The notes under the pieces are model-generated. The model did not search any database. It had not been told where the DNA came from and saw only the letters and a list, made by a program, of their open reading frames with translations. A DNA stretch of 64,000 nucleotides, taken from assembly GCA_030390025.1 (NCBI GenBank), contig CM059436.1:13330001-13394000 (forward strand), in the 5' to 3' direction. Numbering within the stretch: the first letter of the stretch is position 1; every line of letters begins with the position of its first letter. The stretch comes from Squalus acanthias (taxonomy: Eukaryota). The position numbers were made by a program, and so were the translations under genes. This document shows, piece by piece, positions 12,456 to 24,354 of this stretch.

Positions 12456-12951
12456 GGCCCTGAATTTGCGGTCGGCGGTGTAGCTAAGGAGTACAGCACT
12501 GACCTCTGCACAGAATCCACACTTACCTGCTGCGAACCCCACTTCGAGAAGTTGCTTTGAAACGCTACGGAGTTGTGCGCAGCATAATGGGTCACGGATC
12601 CCAGGGGCGCACCATTGTGCGTAAGCGGACCTGGGATCACATGGGGCGGTGCTCTTTTCACTAGCCAATCAGGAAACATTTCAACTCGACGTCAAAGAAC
12701 TTGTAAATTAAACGGTGAGATACTAATTATATTTATTTGACAAGTACAGTAATTGGCTTTAAAAAGCACAGGGAATACTTTGGAGTAAGTACAGTTATTT
12801 ACTGGAAGTCTGCAAGATTTTTTTTTAAATTAAAACAATCTCATCCCTCAAACCGAGCCTTTACAGCTGCCTGGTAGGTTCTTTTACATGTTTGTTTTTA
12901 ATTATACAATTTTTGAGAGTACGCCGTCATGCCGACCACAAATACGGGGCC
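12456..12951. mobile_element. Non-autonomous DNA transposon (PIF/Harbinger-like MITE)
   Basis: 21-bp TIRs GGCCCTGAATTTGCGGTCGGC / GCCGACCACAAATACGGGGCC (3 mismatches), with flanks ACT / ATT consistent with a 3-bp TSD. CpG-rich interior. Confidence 0.7.
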
Positions 12952-13419
12952 ATTATGAAATGTTTGACCAGAGGTGCACATGCGTTTGTTACTACTATAT
13001 ACCCTGTAATAGCTCGACAGATACTGAAGTGAAGAAAGTATGAGTAATTATTGGGTATACCTCACTAAATAAACAGTGGATTTATTGCTCATCAGTAAAT
13101 TTGTTTTTTAGTTGAACCTCAGCACAAATACTCAAAGCAAAAGAAATAACTATGTTGGCGAAGGGACTATGATGGAGCAATATGTTTGTATTGTATCTTC
13201 ATTCATTTTTTGGAACAAAAGTAGCCACAACTCTGAGTGGATGGTGATTCCTTACCAGAGACAAGAGATGGCTGACTTTTTTTTTTACTGTTGTCACAAG
13301 TAGGTTTCCCCACAAGTGCCAGCATCAAGCATCAGGCTTTTCTGCCTCCTCGTAGAGGCCATTTGTTATATTCGCAGTTTTCCCAAGTTGCTTCTAGAAG
13401 ATTTACCAGCTCCAAGCTT

Positions 13420-13670
13420 GATTTCTCCCAACACTCCTCGCTCATCTCCCTGCGTCCATGCTACATAAACTCCATCACTTCACCACCCAAATCCTGTTCC
13501 GCACTGTGTCCCACTCCCCTATTACCCACATCCGGACCTCCTTCCATTCCCCAACGCATTGAATTCAAAATCTTTGTTCTTGTCCTCGTCATAAATCCTT
13601 CCATAGCCACGCCCCTGCCTACCTCATCAAGCCCTAAATGCCAGCCCATCCAACTCTGGCCTCTGTGATT
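13420..13670 (+). mobile_element. Degraded L2 LINE fragment
   Basis: Reads ...PQRIEFKIFVL..., like the L2 ORF2 C-terminus at 97-516. Confidence 0.65.
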
Positions 13671-14169
13671 CTCAGTACAGATTAAGTTTGGAAAATTCAC
13701 TGCACAGGTAATGAACTCTGTACTTGTACTTGCAAATGAGGATGGCTACATACAAAATGAGCTGGGTAAAGTTCTTCCAGCTCCAGTATCAAGTGATAGA
13801 AATGTGCTTTGTTCTAAAGGGACAATGCACTTCCACTTGTGAAGAGTGGGCAAGCTGCTACAAAAGACTGCTCTCAAAATAAGATCATGATAGCTGCCCA
13901 AGGATTCCCATTCCCTGGGCACACCTGGCTTTATATCTTGGGTTTCTTTCGGAGCCTATAGGATAAAATGTTAGGGAAGGGAAAACTCTGGAGAAAACAT
14001 TGGGAAGTTGCCATTAAATCTTTAGAAGCAAAGTTGCTCCAGGAACATGGGAACCCAGCAAGCCGTGCTATAGACTGGGGATGATGATTTCCCTGCCTGT
14101 AGGGTGGTTTTGGGGGGGTTGTGTAGCTGAGGCCAGTTTGAAAACCTGCATTCTCCTCTCCACCCACCC

Positions 14170-14850
14170 ATAGTTACACAGAATTTACAGCACAGAAAAA
14201 GGTCATTCAGCCCAACAGCTCCATGCTGGTGTTTATGCTCCACATGAGCCTCCTCCCATCCCTCTTCATCTAACCCCATCAATATATCCTTCTATTCCTT
14301 TCTCGGTCATCTAGCTTCCCCTTAAATGCATCGATGCTATTCGCCTCAACTACTCCTTGTGGTCGCGAGTTCCACACTCTAACCACTCTCTGGGTAAAGA
14401 AGTTTCTCCTGAATTCCCTATTGGATTTATTAGTGACGATCTTATGGCCCCTGGTTCTGGTCTCCATCACAAGTGGAAACATTTTCTCTGCGTCTACCCA
14501 ATCAAACCCTTTCATAATCTTAAAGACCTCGATCAGGTCATCCCTCAGCCTTCTCTTTTCTAGAGAAGACTAGAGCCCCAGCTTGTTCAATCTTTCCTGA
14601 TAAGTATAACCTCTCAGTTCTGGTATCATCCTAGTAAAGATTTTTTGCATCTTCTCCAGTGCCTCTATATCCTTTTTATAATATGGAGACCTGAACTGTC
14701 CGTAGTACTCCAAGTGTGGTCTAACCAACATTCTATACGAGTTTAACATAACTTTTCTGCTTTTCAGTTCTATCCCTCTAGAAATGAACCCCAGTGCTTT
14801 GCTGGCTTTTTTATGGTCATATTAACCTGCGTTGTTTATTTTAGTGATAA
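14170..14850 (-). mobile_element. CR1 LINE 3' portion
   Basis: ORF 14279-14515 reads ...TRTRGHKIVTNKSNREFRRNFFTQRVVRVWNS; VRPHLEY-like sequence near 14700-14730. Confidence 0.9.
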
Positions 14851-16857
14851 GCTGCTTTCTATGGAGTCACTCCAGGATGCACCTGAATTTTCCCCATTGG
14901 TCACATCACTGAAACACCTCGAGGGCTACATGTCTGTTGGGGAGGAAAAATACTTATATCTTCTATAAAATGGGAGAGTACTTTGAACAAAAGTACTCTC
15001 CATAGTTTCTTTCTCTCGCACATTAGATGCTTGGTCACATTTACAAATATAAGCACACAGTCACTTCTGGCTCCCCATGGAAATAAATGTATTACCACCA
15101 AACTCCTCTGCCATACGGGATTGGCTGCTGTGATACTACCCAGTTGATGCCAGCTCCGATCCAGAGTAATTAAAGACTCACTTTTAGATTTGTGCTTCCA
15201 CATCAAGCAAAATTCCATTTGACTAATTTTCCGCCAATGTTCTTGAATCCATTAGAGCAGCACTACACATAGATGAATAATCAATTTGCACTTTCTACCT
15301 CTACTTACTCATATCTATTTTCCTGCTAAAATTCGCCGTCAGAAATTTTGGACCCCAGATGTTTTTCCCTGTCGGGTGAGAAGGAAAGTGTGTCATGTAC
15401 TTTGCTCCGAGTGTGATCAAAAACCTGCTATAGTCAGAGACCTTGGAGCAGGTTGCTTGCCCCTCGGCCAGGAAATAAGCAATGAGTGGGGGGAAAAGCT
15501 AGAGGTGGTGGAAAAATAAACACTTGTTCGTATGCACGCGTAACTTACGAAGGTGCAGAAGGGCAGCACGTGGCCTGCAGACTGTGCTTAAAAGTGCCAC
15601 ATGCTGAATTAAAGTTCTGCAACCCAAAGTATTAAACGTGCTACTCCGAACATTACAGGAGAGCATAAATTAATGTTGATAAAGGAAGGTTTCGTAACCT
15701 TATTTTGTCTCATGGAATTTGTCACACTCTTGTATGTGACATGTAATTTATTGCACGGTCTCATAAAATGACAGGTATTTGTCGCACTCAAAAATCACGG
15801 AGAGAATTTGATACTGAATGCAAAATGAGTGCTGCAGCTCACGGCACCCTGCAGCCCTTGCGAACTCGCTCCCTCTGCCTCACACAGTGCAACCAAATGC
15901 TGCATCATTCTTGGAATCCGTAAATATTCAGAGTTTTTCTTTTTCTTTAAATCAGCGAAACCTTTTCAGCTCCACTTTAATCCTGCGACTAAGCATCAAA
16001 ATAGTATTTTCATGGTCAGCAAACTGACCCCAACATTGCCCAGTCTTTAAATACTTGGCAGCTCCCGTCTGCCAGCAAAACCTCTCGTCGAAACCAGCAA
16101 CCAACTCATTATTTACCAAAAGAGACATTCATTTTTTAAGAAGACAATTGTACAAAAAAGTAGGTAATAAGATGAGACACACCCAAGGGCAACAGTGCCG
16201 ACTGCAATAAGTCATCAGGTTGATCCCTCGAGTTTTCTGGTTGCTAAATATCATTCACGTAGCCAAAAAAAAACCTCCATGTATGACGACCTTTAAATAT
16301 GCCAGAGTGGTCAATGCAATGTAAAAGACTGTACCTAATGGATACGTTGCTTGCAGTGTTGGGAACCTGGTCTTTGGATTCTTTTAACTTGATTGTCGTG
16401 TCTGGTCCTGACATCCTTTCCAAGAGAAAATATGTCGAGAAGATCACGACCAGGATTTCAGCCGACTTGTGTGCAGAAAATTGTGAAAGTTAAGGAAAGT
16501 CTCCCAGTGATGTATTTTCTTTTAGTCCTCTTTTATCAAGTAACAGGACACTGACTGCATCAACTGTCGCTGTTTCCTTTGTCATGGCAGTATGGATATT
16601 TGATGCTGAAATTACCTCTATGGTTATTTGATCCACAGTCTGTTACAACTAGCAAGATCCAGCTTCAATGATAAAAGATTAAAGGGTAGAAATGACTCTT
16701 CTGACGGTTAATATGTTGACATTCCTCTGTCAGCTATTTTAACACAGGAGTTCACCTGTTTATTTTGAATGGATTAATATCTGTACTAAAGGAGCGGAGA
16801 GGGGAGTGCTATATGTCTGCTAATATCACCAATAGTAATTCTTAATCGTATATTCTC

Positions 16858-17158
16858 GCCAAGGCTTCTTCGACAGCATCTCCCAAACCCACGGCCTCCA
16901 CCACCTAGAAGGTCAAGGGCAGCAAGTGCATGGGAACACCATCAGCTCCAAGTTACACATCATCCAGACTTGGACATGTATCGCTGTTCCTTCATCGTCG
17001 CTGGATCAAAATCCTGGGACTCCCTCCCTAACAGCACTGTGGGAGTACCTTCACCACACGGACTGCAGCCGTTCAAGAAGGCGGCCCACCACCACCTTCT
17101 CAAGGGCAACTAGGGATGGGAAATAAATGTTGGCCTTGCTAGCGACGCCCACATTCCA
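16858..17158 (+). mobile_element. CR1-group LINE (second family) 3' end
   Basis: ctagaaggtcaagggcagc...tcaaaatcctgggactccctccctaacagcactgtggg...aataaatgttggccttgctagcgacgcccacattcc; homologous to 24355-25195. Confidence 0.75.
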
Positions 17159-17344
17159 AAATATATATGTCTTCATTTTCAAGATAACTTTTTTTAAAGC
17201 TGCAAGATCTCTAATTAATTTACCCATGAAATAAATTCTAAAATGATTTGAACCCAATAACTTCACATTGAGAGGCAGAGAGAGAGAAAGACAGATGTAA
17301 GTCCCAACACTTTCTCTATTTTTCTGAGTCTCTCTCGCTCTCTC

Positions 17345-18082
17345 AAGTTAGTAGATTGGGGAAGATGTCAGATGAACTTTAATGCAGAGAAATATGAGGC
17401 GATAGATACATTTTAGGAGGAAGAATGAGAGGAAATATACTCTATATGGTAAAAACAAACTAATATTTGAAAATGGGAGGACAAGTCGACACGGCTGTTA
17501 AGAAAAAGCATATGGGATCCTAGGTATTATAAATATAAGCAAACAGGTAATGCTAAGCCTATACAAATAATTGATTAGTTAGAATTTTGTGCCCTACTTT
17601 AGGAAGGATGTCAAGGCCATGGAGAGGGTGCAGAAGAGATTCACTAAAATGATACCAGGGATCATTTTAAAGAGAAACGGGAGCTCTTTTCATTAGAATA
17701 ACAATCGAGATCTGATAAAGATATTCGAAATCATGAGGGTACTTTGATAAAGTAAATGGGGAAAAACTCTTTCTGCTGCCAATGAGTCAGTAATTAGAGG
17801 GCATAAATTTCCGACCATTGGCAAAAGAACAAAGTGAGAGGTTAGGAGATTTTTTCTTTAAGCAGACAATTGTTGGGACATGGAATGCCGTACCAGAAAC
17901 TGCGGGGGAAGTAGAATCCACTGCAGTTTTTAAAAGGGAAGTGGATAAATATTTGAAAAATAAAAATTTTAAAAGGTATGGGGAAAGGGCTGAGGAATGG
18001 AACTGCGAGGACAGCTCTGTCAGTGAGCTAGCTCTGGCGTGACGGGCTGCATGGCCTCCTTCTGTGCTGTGAAATTCTATGA
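17345..18082 (+). mobile_element. Degraded CR1 LINE 3' portion
   Basis: Encodes MERVQKRFTKMIPG and FFKQTIVGTWNAVPE...FKREVDKYL motifs, followed by a CR1 tail. Confidence 0.85.
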
Positions 18083-18269
18083 GTCGAAGAAGTGTGTGAA
18101 GTTTCATCACTGGTATTTAGTACAGGCATTTTTAATTAGTACAGGAGGTCAAGGTGCATCTACAGCAGCTCTTGTGTTCCTGGTGTAAACATGGAGATAG
18201 AGCTTAACTTTTAGGATGTCTTCTGCTGCTGCTCTGGTCATAACCTTGTACAGGATTAATTACCACGTA

Positions 18270-19560
18270 TGCCAATTTGCTCTGAAGCCAGTTGGGTGAC
18301 AAACTATCTACTTGTGTTTGAGATGTGCAATTAGTTTCTCATTCAATTTGGTTTCAGTGAGCTTTGACACAATGAGCAGTTAAGGTACTGGTCTGAAGTT
18401 AGTGATTTCTTTGCAAATGAAGCAAGATCATCTGAGAGGGATAATTGCAATTTATAAGCCGGGAGGTCATCTATACCATTGGGAGCACAAACATTTCTGG
18501 CATCAATCTTTTACCGAAGTTTAACTTCATTGTGCTTGATTTCCATTCTCCTAATTGAGTCATTGCTACTGACCTTGGGAAATAGATGACTTGCAGTAGC
18601 TTCATCTTCTGAACAGAGGAGTGGAAGTGATTCCCTCCTGAAGGAAGAGTAAGGGTTATGGAGTTAAATCCAATTTCCACCACTCCTTGAAGACTATCTG
18701 AGAATCATGCATTTTGAGTTGTACCTCTAGAGATCTGATAATAGTACCTTTTCTTACCAAAACTATTAATCTACGCTTTCCTTTCCTTTTGGCTGCATGA
18801 TCTTCTCTATCTACTAAGAGATTTGTGCTTTTTGGACCATACTACATTGTGTTTCATTAAACCAGCTGCTTGAATGGGATGTTGCACTCATATTGTACCT
18901 GATATGATCTGTTTGATGCAAGCCTAGCTGAAGTGTGGATCTTTTGATCGGTAGATTGGCGGCCAGTCCAAATTAACAACTTGCTGCTTGACACCATTCC
19001 AGTTGGCCAAGTCTAAAAGGCAAACGTTGTGTTTGGTGTCCCTTTCCAAGATCTCAACAAAAGACTACTTGTATGCAGACCAGGTAGTGGTCAGATATGC
19101 TTTGTTGATTGTTTTCAACTGACCAGGGGAATAAGTCAATGCTAGATCAAGGTAAGCAATATCGCCAGCTGTGGCACAATCGTCTGGGTGAGGCATTGGA
19201 GAATGGAAAGCAAGGTGCAATATGATCATGGTGGTCTTTGGCTTGCTAACCATGCAGTCCTCATGATGACAGTTGAGTTGCTGATGAGAGAATGACGCAT
19301 CTCGGGGTTACCAATGGTATGTGACAGACAGATAAAAATGGAGTTAGCAACAGATGGCGGGTAACCTGTTCCCAAGAGGGCTTCCCTTTCCTTGAGGATT
19401 ACTCCAAAGGACTTCAAAGGCACTTGGTACCAAATGCTGCTGGCAGAAGGTTGGCAACCCATAGTTGAAACATTGGGCAACTCCAGCACAGTCGGTGCCA
19501 CATTTGTGTTGAAAGAGACAGTAGCCATGGATGAATACAGGCACACTTACATCCTAATTA
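18270..19560 (-). mobile_element. Ancient, heavily decayed LINE ORF2 (APE endonuclease to RT start)
   Basis: Minus-strand motifs appear in the expected order: GYPPS (YRPP-like), YLDLALT (~19141-19154), ISDHYLV (~19081-19098), WFNE (~18852-18864), NFRPV..LIVSKL (~18360-18400). Many frameshifts and stops. Confidence 0.7.
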
Positions 19561-20639
19561 TTGCAGGCTCATATTCTGCATAGATCAAGGATTGCACAAT
19601 CGAGTTAAATGACCTCACCCCAGTTATTGCCAGCTGAAAAATACTTCTGATGCAATGCCTCTTTTTTTAGCTGTAATGGATTAAAGAAGGGAGCGAGCTT
19701 AATTTATGACTTGCAATAAATATTACTGGAAGTGCTCATTTTTTACTCTTATGTGCCATATGTTAGCATAAATGCAACATCAAATGTTTTTTAAAATGGT
19801 TTTTTAAAGTTATTTCTGTCCTCTTTCCTCTTTAAAGTTGGTTCTGTATTGTAGTATTTCATGTAAAATTGACCTTTTTCCATCAATTTTATCCCAGTGA
19901 AAAATCTTCATTGAAAGCTTCACAGCCCATCATGAATTAGGATTATTAATGATGTCAAAACCTGTCCATAAACTGAATAATATCTGCTTTACTTACCTCA
20001 TATAATGGACGAGAGGAAACTGTATGAGGTTCGTTGGGCTCTTCAATAAGCATTTCTAATTGCAAACCAAGCTAATTGAACCAGACTAGTGAAACATTTG
20101 AAGAGAATCTGGGTAATTGCTTCTATTTCAAGCAGCTGTTGGCTGTATCATTTACCAACAAATCAATACAGCCCAACGTGACATCAGTTGCTAATCAACA
20201 TGGATTGAAATGTAACAGTTTCTTTATCTGGAGCATGCACATATATAGTGTCTCTGAGCACGTTTTATTCCTTAGTTATGTTTTTCCATGCTTTCAGTTA
20301 TTTGCCTTAGTTCCTCCCGCTGTTCGCTGTTCTTATTATGATAGCAGAACAGTCTGGAGGACAGACTTCATCGTGGTCACACAGTCATTGTCACCCGTGA
20401 TCAGATGACTGGTCCCGTCTGTTGTTACCTCCCTTGGTCAAGGAACATATGGCTGCAGCATGACATTCCATATAGTAACTTAGCTAAGAATTGTCATAAC
20501 TTAGGCAATGAGTGAAATGTTAGGCATAGGTGGGATATGAACTCATGATCCTGTCTTATGACTCCAGAACTTTCTGCTGAATGTTACTTTATCTATTCCC
20601 CCCTCCCCATGTACAATTCCTCCAATAACAGCCAGATGA

Positions 20640-20936
20640 CTCGCTTATTTACACCTCTTCTAGACCCATCTTTTCTTGTTCCATTACCATCTCCTTTTTC
20701 TTTGCACCATCATCCCTTTTGTCATTTAATCTCTCCTGCCTTCCACCCATTCCACAGACCTTCCCTTTTGTTCTTTCCTCCCCTCCACCCCTTTCCCTGT
20801 TAAAAACCTGTTACATCTCTAACTTTTTCCAGTTCTGACGAAAGGTCATCGACCTGAAACGTTAACTCTGTTTAGCTCTCCACAGATGCAGCCTGACCTG
20901 CTGAGTATCTCCGGCATTTTCTGTTTTTATTTCAGA
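20640..20936 (+). mobile_element. Penelope-like element terminal repeat fragment
   Basis: Pyrimidine-rich stretch, then ctgacgaaaggtcatcgacctgaaacgttaac...cacagatgcagcctgacctgctgagtatctccggcattttctgtttttatttcaga. Related copies at ~26560-26610, 31555-31650 and 34202-34391. Confidence 0.7.
20831..20867 (+). ncRNA. Minimal type I hammerhead ribozyme motif
   Basis: AGUU [stem I] CUGACGA A AGGUC-auc-GACCU [stem II] GAAA CGUU [palindromic minimal stem III, putative GUU site] AACU [stem I']. Confidence 0.6.
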
Positions 20937-21945
20937 TGGCTTGTTTTGTGGGCTCTGTCAATGTTGCTCAAAGCAGCCACTAGTAGTTGGCAACTTGCCC
21001 CTTGGCATTTTATTTAAACACCCTCTCTCCCCATGGGAAATACTTGGCCTCAGTCCACTCTGCCCCTGAGATTCCAGACAAAACAGGGAATCATGCGAAC
21101 AAGCACCTTATCAAAATGTGTCATCTGATTTTCCTTTAGTGGCAGCTATCTTTCGCTTCCTGACTGAAGTCTGATTTATTGAAATGATACACGATACAGT
21201 CAAAGGCTTTTAAAATTACTGTAGCAGCAATCAATTGAAGCTTTGGTCACTTCAGAGCACACGTTACTGACGCCTTATTTCTACTTCTGTTTCCCCTCTA
21301 CAATCATGTTAACTTGACATCACACATCATTCAGCACCCAGGAGGGACCAGCTGTGCCAGTCTATGGGAAGCCGTTGGGAGGTGTGATAATAGCAAGGCA
21401 AAGGTTTTTTTTCCCCCCTTTTGAAACCGAACACCTTCCCTCCGCAGCACTCGATCCAGCACCACACCCAGCACAGGGTTAGAATGATGGGGCAGCTATG
21501 GAACTTGAGATCATGACGTTCAAGCTCGGAGTCAAATGCCCAACTCAGTCGACTTTTACTTGAAATTTCCACCAGGGTTTGCAGGAAAGCAAATTAAAAT
21601 TATGCCACTTCATTTTATTTTGGAATTTGCATTTTTAATCTTGTTTTTCTTTGCCTGCAGTGTGAAGCGACAACATTCAGTCTGTAGGAGAGAGGAGAAA
21701 AACCATGTTGTATCCCATCCCTCCTTTCCATTAAGGAGAAGTAATGGATGATGTTTACTTCAACATTTATAATTCATTAAATCCTTCCCATTCGGCAGCT
21801 CAACGCTTGCACATAATTACAAAGCATGTATCTTGTAGGATATAATCTTTCTGTGTGTATTTGTATGGTTGATCTTCCCTGTAATTTAAAAAAAATGGCG
21901 TCACATGTTGCTGTGTCACAGATCGGATTTAGATGAGATGCACCA

Positions 21946-22465
21946 CAACAACAACTTGCATTTATATAGCGCCTTTAACGTAGTAAAACGTCCCAAGGCG
22001 CTTCACGGGAGCGTTATCAAACAAAATTTGACACCGAGCCACGTAAGGAGCTATTAGGGCAGATGACCAAAAGCTTGGTCAAAGAGGTAGGCTTTAAGGA
22101 GCGTCTTAAAGAAGGAATGAAAGGTGGAGAGGCAGAGAGGGTTTTGGATGGAATTCCAGAGCTTGGGGGCCTTGGCAGCTGAAGGTACGGCTGCCAATGG
22201 AGGAATGATTAAAATCGGGGATGCGCAAGAGGCCAGAATTGGAGGAGCGCAGATATCTCAAAGGGTTGTAGGGCTGGAGGAGGTTACAGAGATAGGGAGG
22301 GGGCGAGGGCATGGAGGGATTTGAAAACAGGATGAGAGTTCTAAAATCGAGGCGTTGCTTAACCGGGAGCCAATGTAGGTCAGCAAGCACAGGGGTGATG
22401 GGAGAACGGGACTTGGTGTGAGTTAGGACACGGGCAGCCGAGTTTTAGGATGAGCTTAAGCTTAA
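21946..22465 (-). mobile_element. L2 LINE 3' end
   Basis: ORF 22106-22390 reads LADLHWLPVKQRLDFR...; the tail is the reverse complement of that at ~750-812. Confidence 0.9.
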
Positions 22466-22924
22466 GGACAGTCGGCAACTCCAGATCTGCTGGGTTGTTA
22501 GATGTACCGTCCAGTTTCTGCTGGGTTGTTAGATGTACCACCCGACAGTCGGCAGGAAAATGGCAAAATCAACCAATGTTTCACCTCTTATTCCTGTTAG
22601 CAGCCTCTACTGGCTGCCCAGGTTGCACCATAAGAAAGGTCCATGGTCAACTGCTCACTCACTCCGTTGAAATCTGGGATGCACATTGTGAGAGACCTTG
22701 AAAAGGAGAAAATCAGAAGCTTTTTTCAGTCTATAAAATATGCAATATAAAAGACACTGTGTGGAAATCTATGAATAATCATTAACAAGTAGGGATAAAT
22801 AAGATCTTTCATTTTCTTCCAATTCTTGCCATTGACTCATGGTGGGAAATGAGTCCATGCACCAATATCACATTAATTCTTTCATTGAAACAAATGCGTG
22901 TGGCTGCCACTTGTCACTACCCAC

Positions 22925-23200
22925 ATCTAGGTGTGTTGTCTATCCTCGGTGCCAGGGTAAGGGATATCTCAAAGCGGCTGGAAAGGAACTTGGAAAAGTT
23001 AGGGGGGAAGAGCCAGTTGTCATGGTCCATGTTGGAACCAACGACATAGGAAAGAACATGGAGGTGATCCTGCTCAGAAAGTATCAGGAGCTAGGCGCTA
23101 AATTGTAAAGAAGGACCTCGAGGGTGGTTATCTCCGGATTACTATGCGAAGCCATGTGTTAATTGGGATAGGGATAACGAGATCAGGAAAGACAATGGGG
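22925..23200 (+). mobile_element. CR1 ORF1 (SGNH esterase-like domain) fragment
   Basis: EEPVVMVHVGTNDIGK...YQELGAKL*RRTSRVVISGLL, the typical CR1 ORF1 esterase motif. Confidence 0.8.
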
Positions 23201-23224
23201 AGAGAGATTAGGAGGGGTAGCTGA

Positions 23225-23875
23225 ATCAGTTTCTGAAGGTAGAGAGGGAAGTGGAGAGGTTTAGGAAGGGAATTCCAGACATTAGGGCTGAAGCAGCAGA
23301 AAGCATGGCCACCAGTGGTGGGTCAAAGGGCGGGAGGGATGCACAAGAGGCCAGAGTCAAAGGAATGGAGAGTTTGGGGGGGTTGTAGGGTTGGAGGTGG
23401 TTACAGTGACAGGAAAGGTAAGGTAATAAAGGGATCAATACATGAGGAAGCGAATATTAAATTTGAGTCATTGGGGGAACGGGGAACCGATGTCGGTCAG
23501 CGAGACCTTGGTGTGGGATAAGATATGGGCAACAGAGTTTTGGATGAGCTAAAGTTTACGGAGGGTGGCGGGGGGGGGAGGGCAACCAGGAAAGCATTGG
23601 AATAGGCGAGGTTGGAAATGACAGAGGGGTTCAGCTACAGATGGGCCTGGGCGAGTGTGGAGGCGGGGCTACTGAAGATGGCAGCAGGTGGTCTTTCTGA
23701 TAGATACGTGGTCAGACGCGCAACTGGGAGTCGAATAGGATGCTGAGGTCGCAAACAGCCTGCTTCAAGCTGAGACAGGTAGGGGCATGGAATTGGTGGT
23801 GAGGATACAGAATTTGCGGCGGGGGCCAAAGACAACGGCTTCGGTCTTGCCAATGTTTAGTTGGAGAAAATTGCC
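23225..23875 (-). mobile_element. Degraded L2 LINE
   Basis: Minus strand is homologous to the L2 copies (LQPYNPP..., ctctggaattccc-like segment). Confidence 0.75.
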
Positions 23876-24354
23876 TTATACATATCAGGCAAATGCAAAG
23901 CTGACGCCATCAGCCTGATGTAGTATAAGCTGCACTGATTAGCTGTTTTATGGAAACACATCAACTGAGCTAACCAGATGATTACCCACTCGGTGAGCCA
24001 GGGGAAGGCAGGAGGTGCAATTTTCAGGAAAAAAAAAATGTATTGTTTCTAAACCAAACAATTTAACTTCAGTCATTTTCATCTGTTTGATTACAAGTTG
24101 TACACCATACATTCATATTATTGAGACCATAAGACAAATTCAGCAATTTGCAATTAATTTTGTGTAATGAAGTTTTCTTTCATTTGCCAAAGTATGAGTA
24201 CCTTTATTCCAATGATGCAGATGACGGAGTTATGTTCACTATGTTTAGCATTAAATTATGAATTTAAATATCTCCTGGGAGCATGCGTGTGTGTGTGTGT
24301 GTGTTTGTATGAAACTTTTCTATTCCACACTGAAGGATTAAAAAAAAAATTGTT

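Noticed and set aside
22472-22540. Direct repeat tctgctgggttgttagatgtacc x2
   Set aside because: Small local tandem duplication next to an L2 end, with no further structure.
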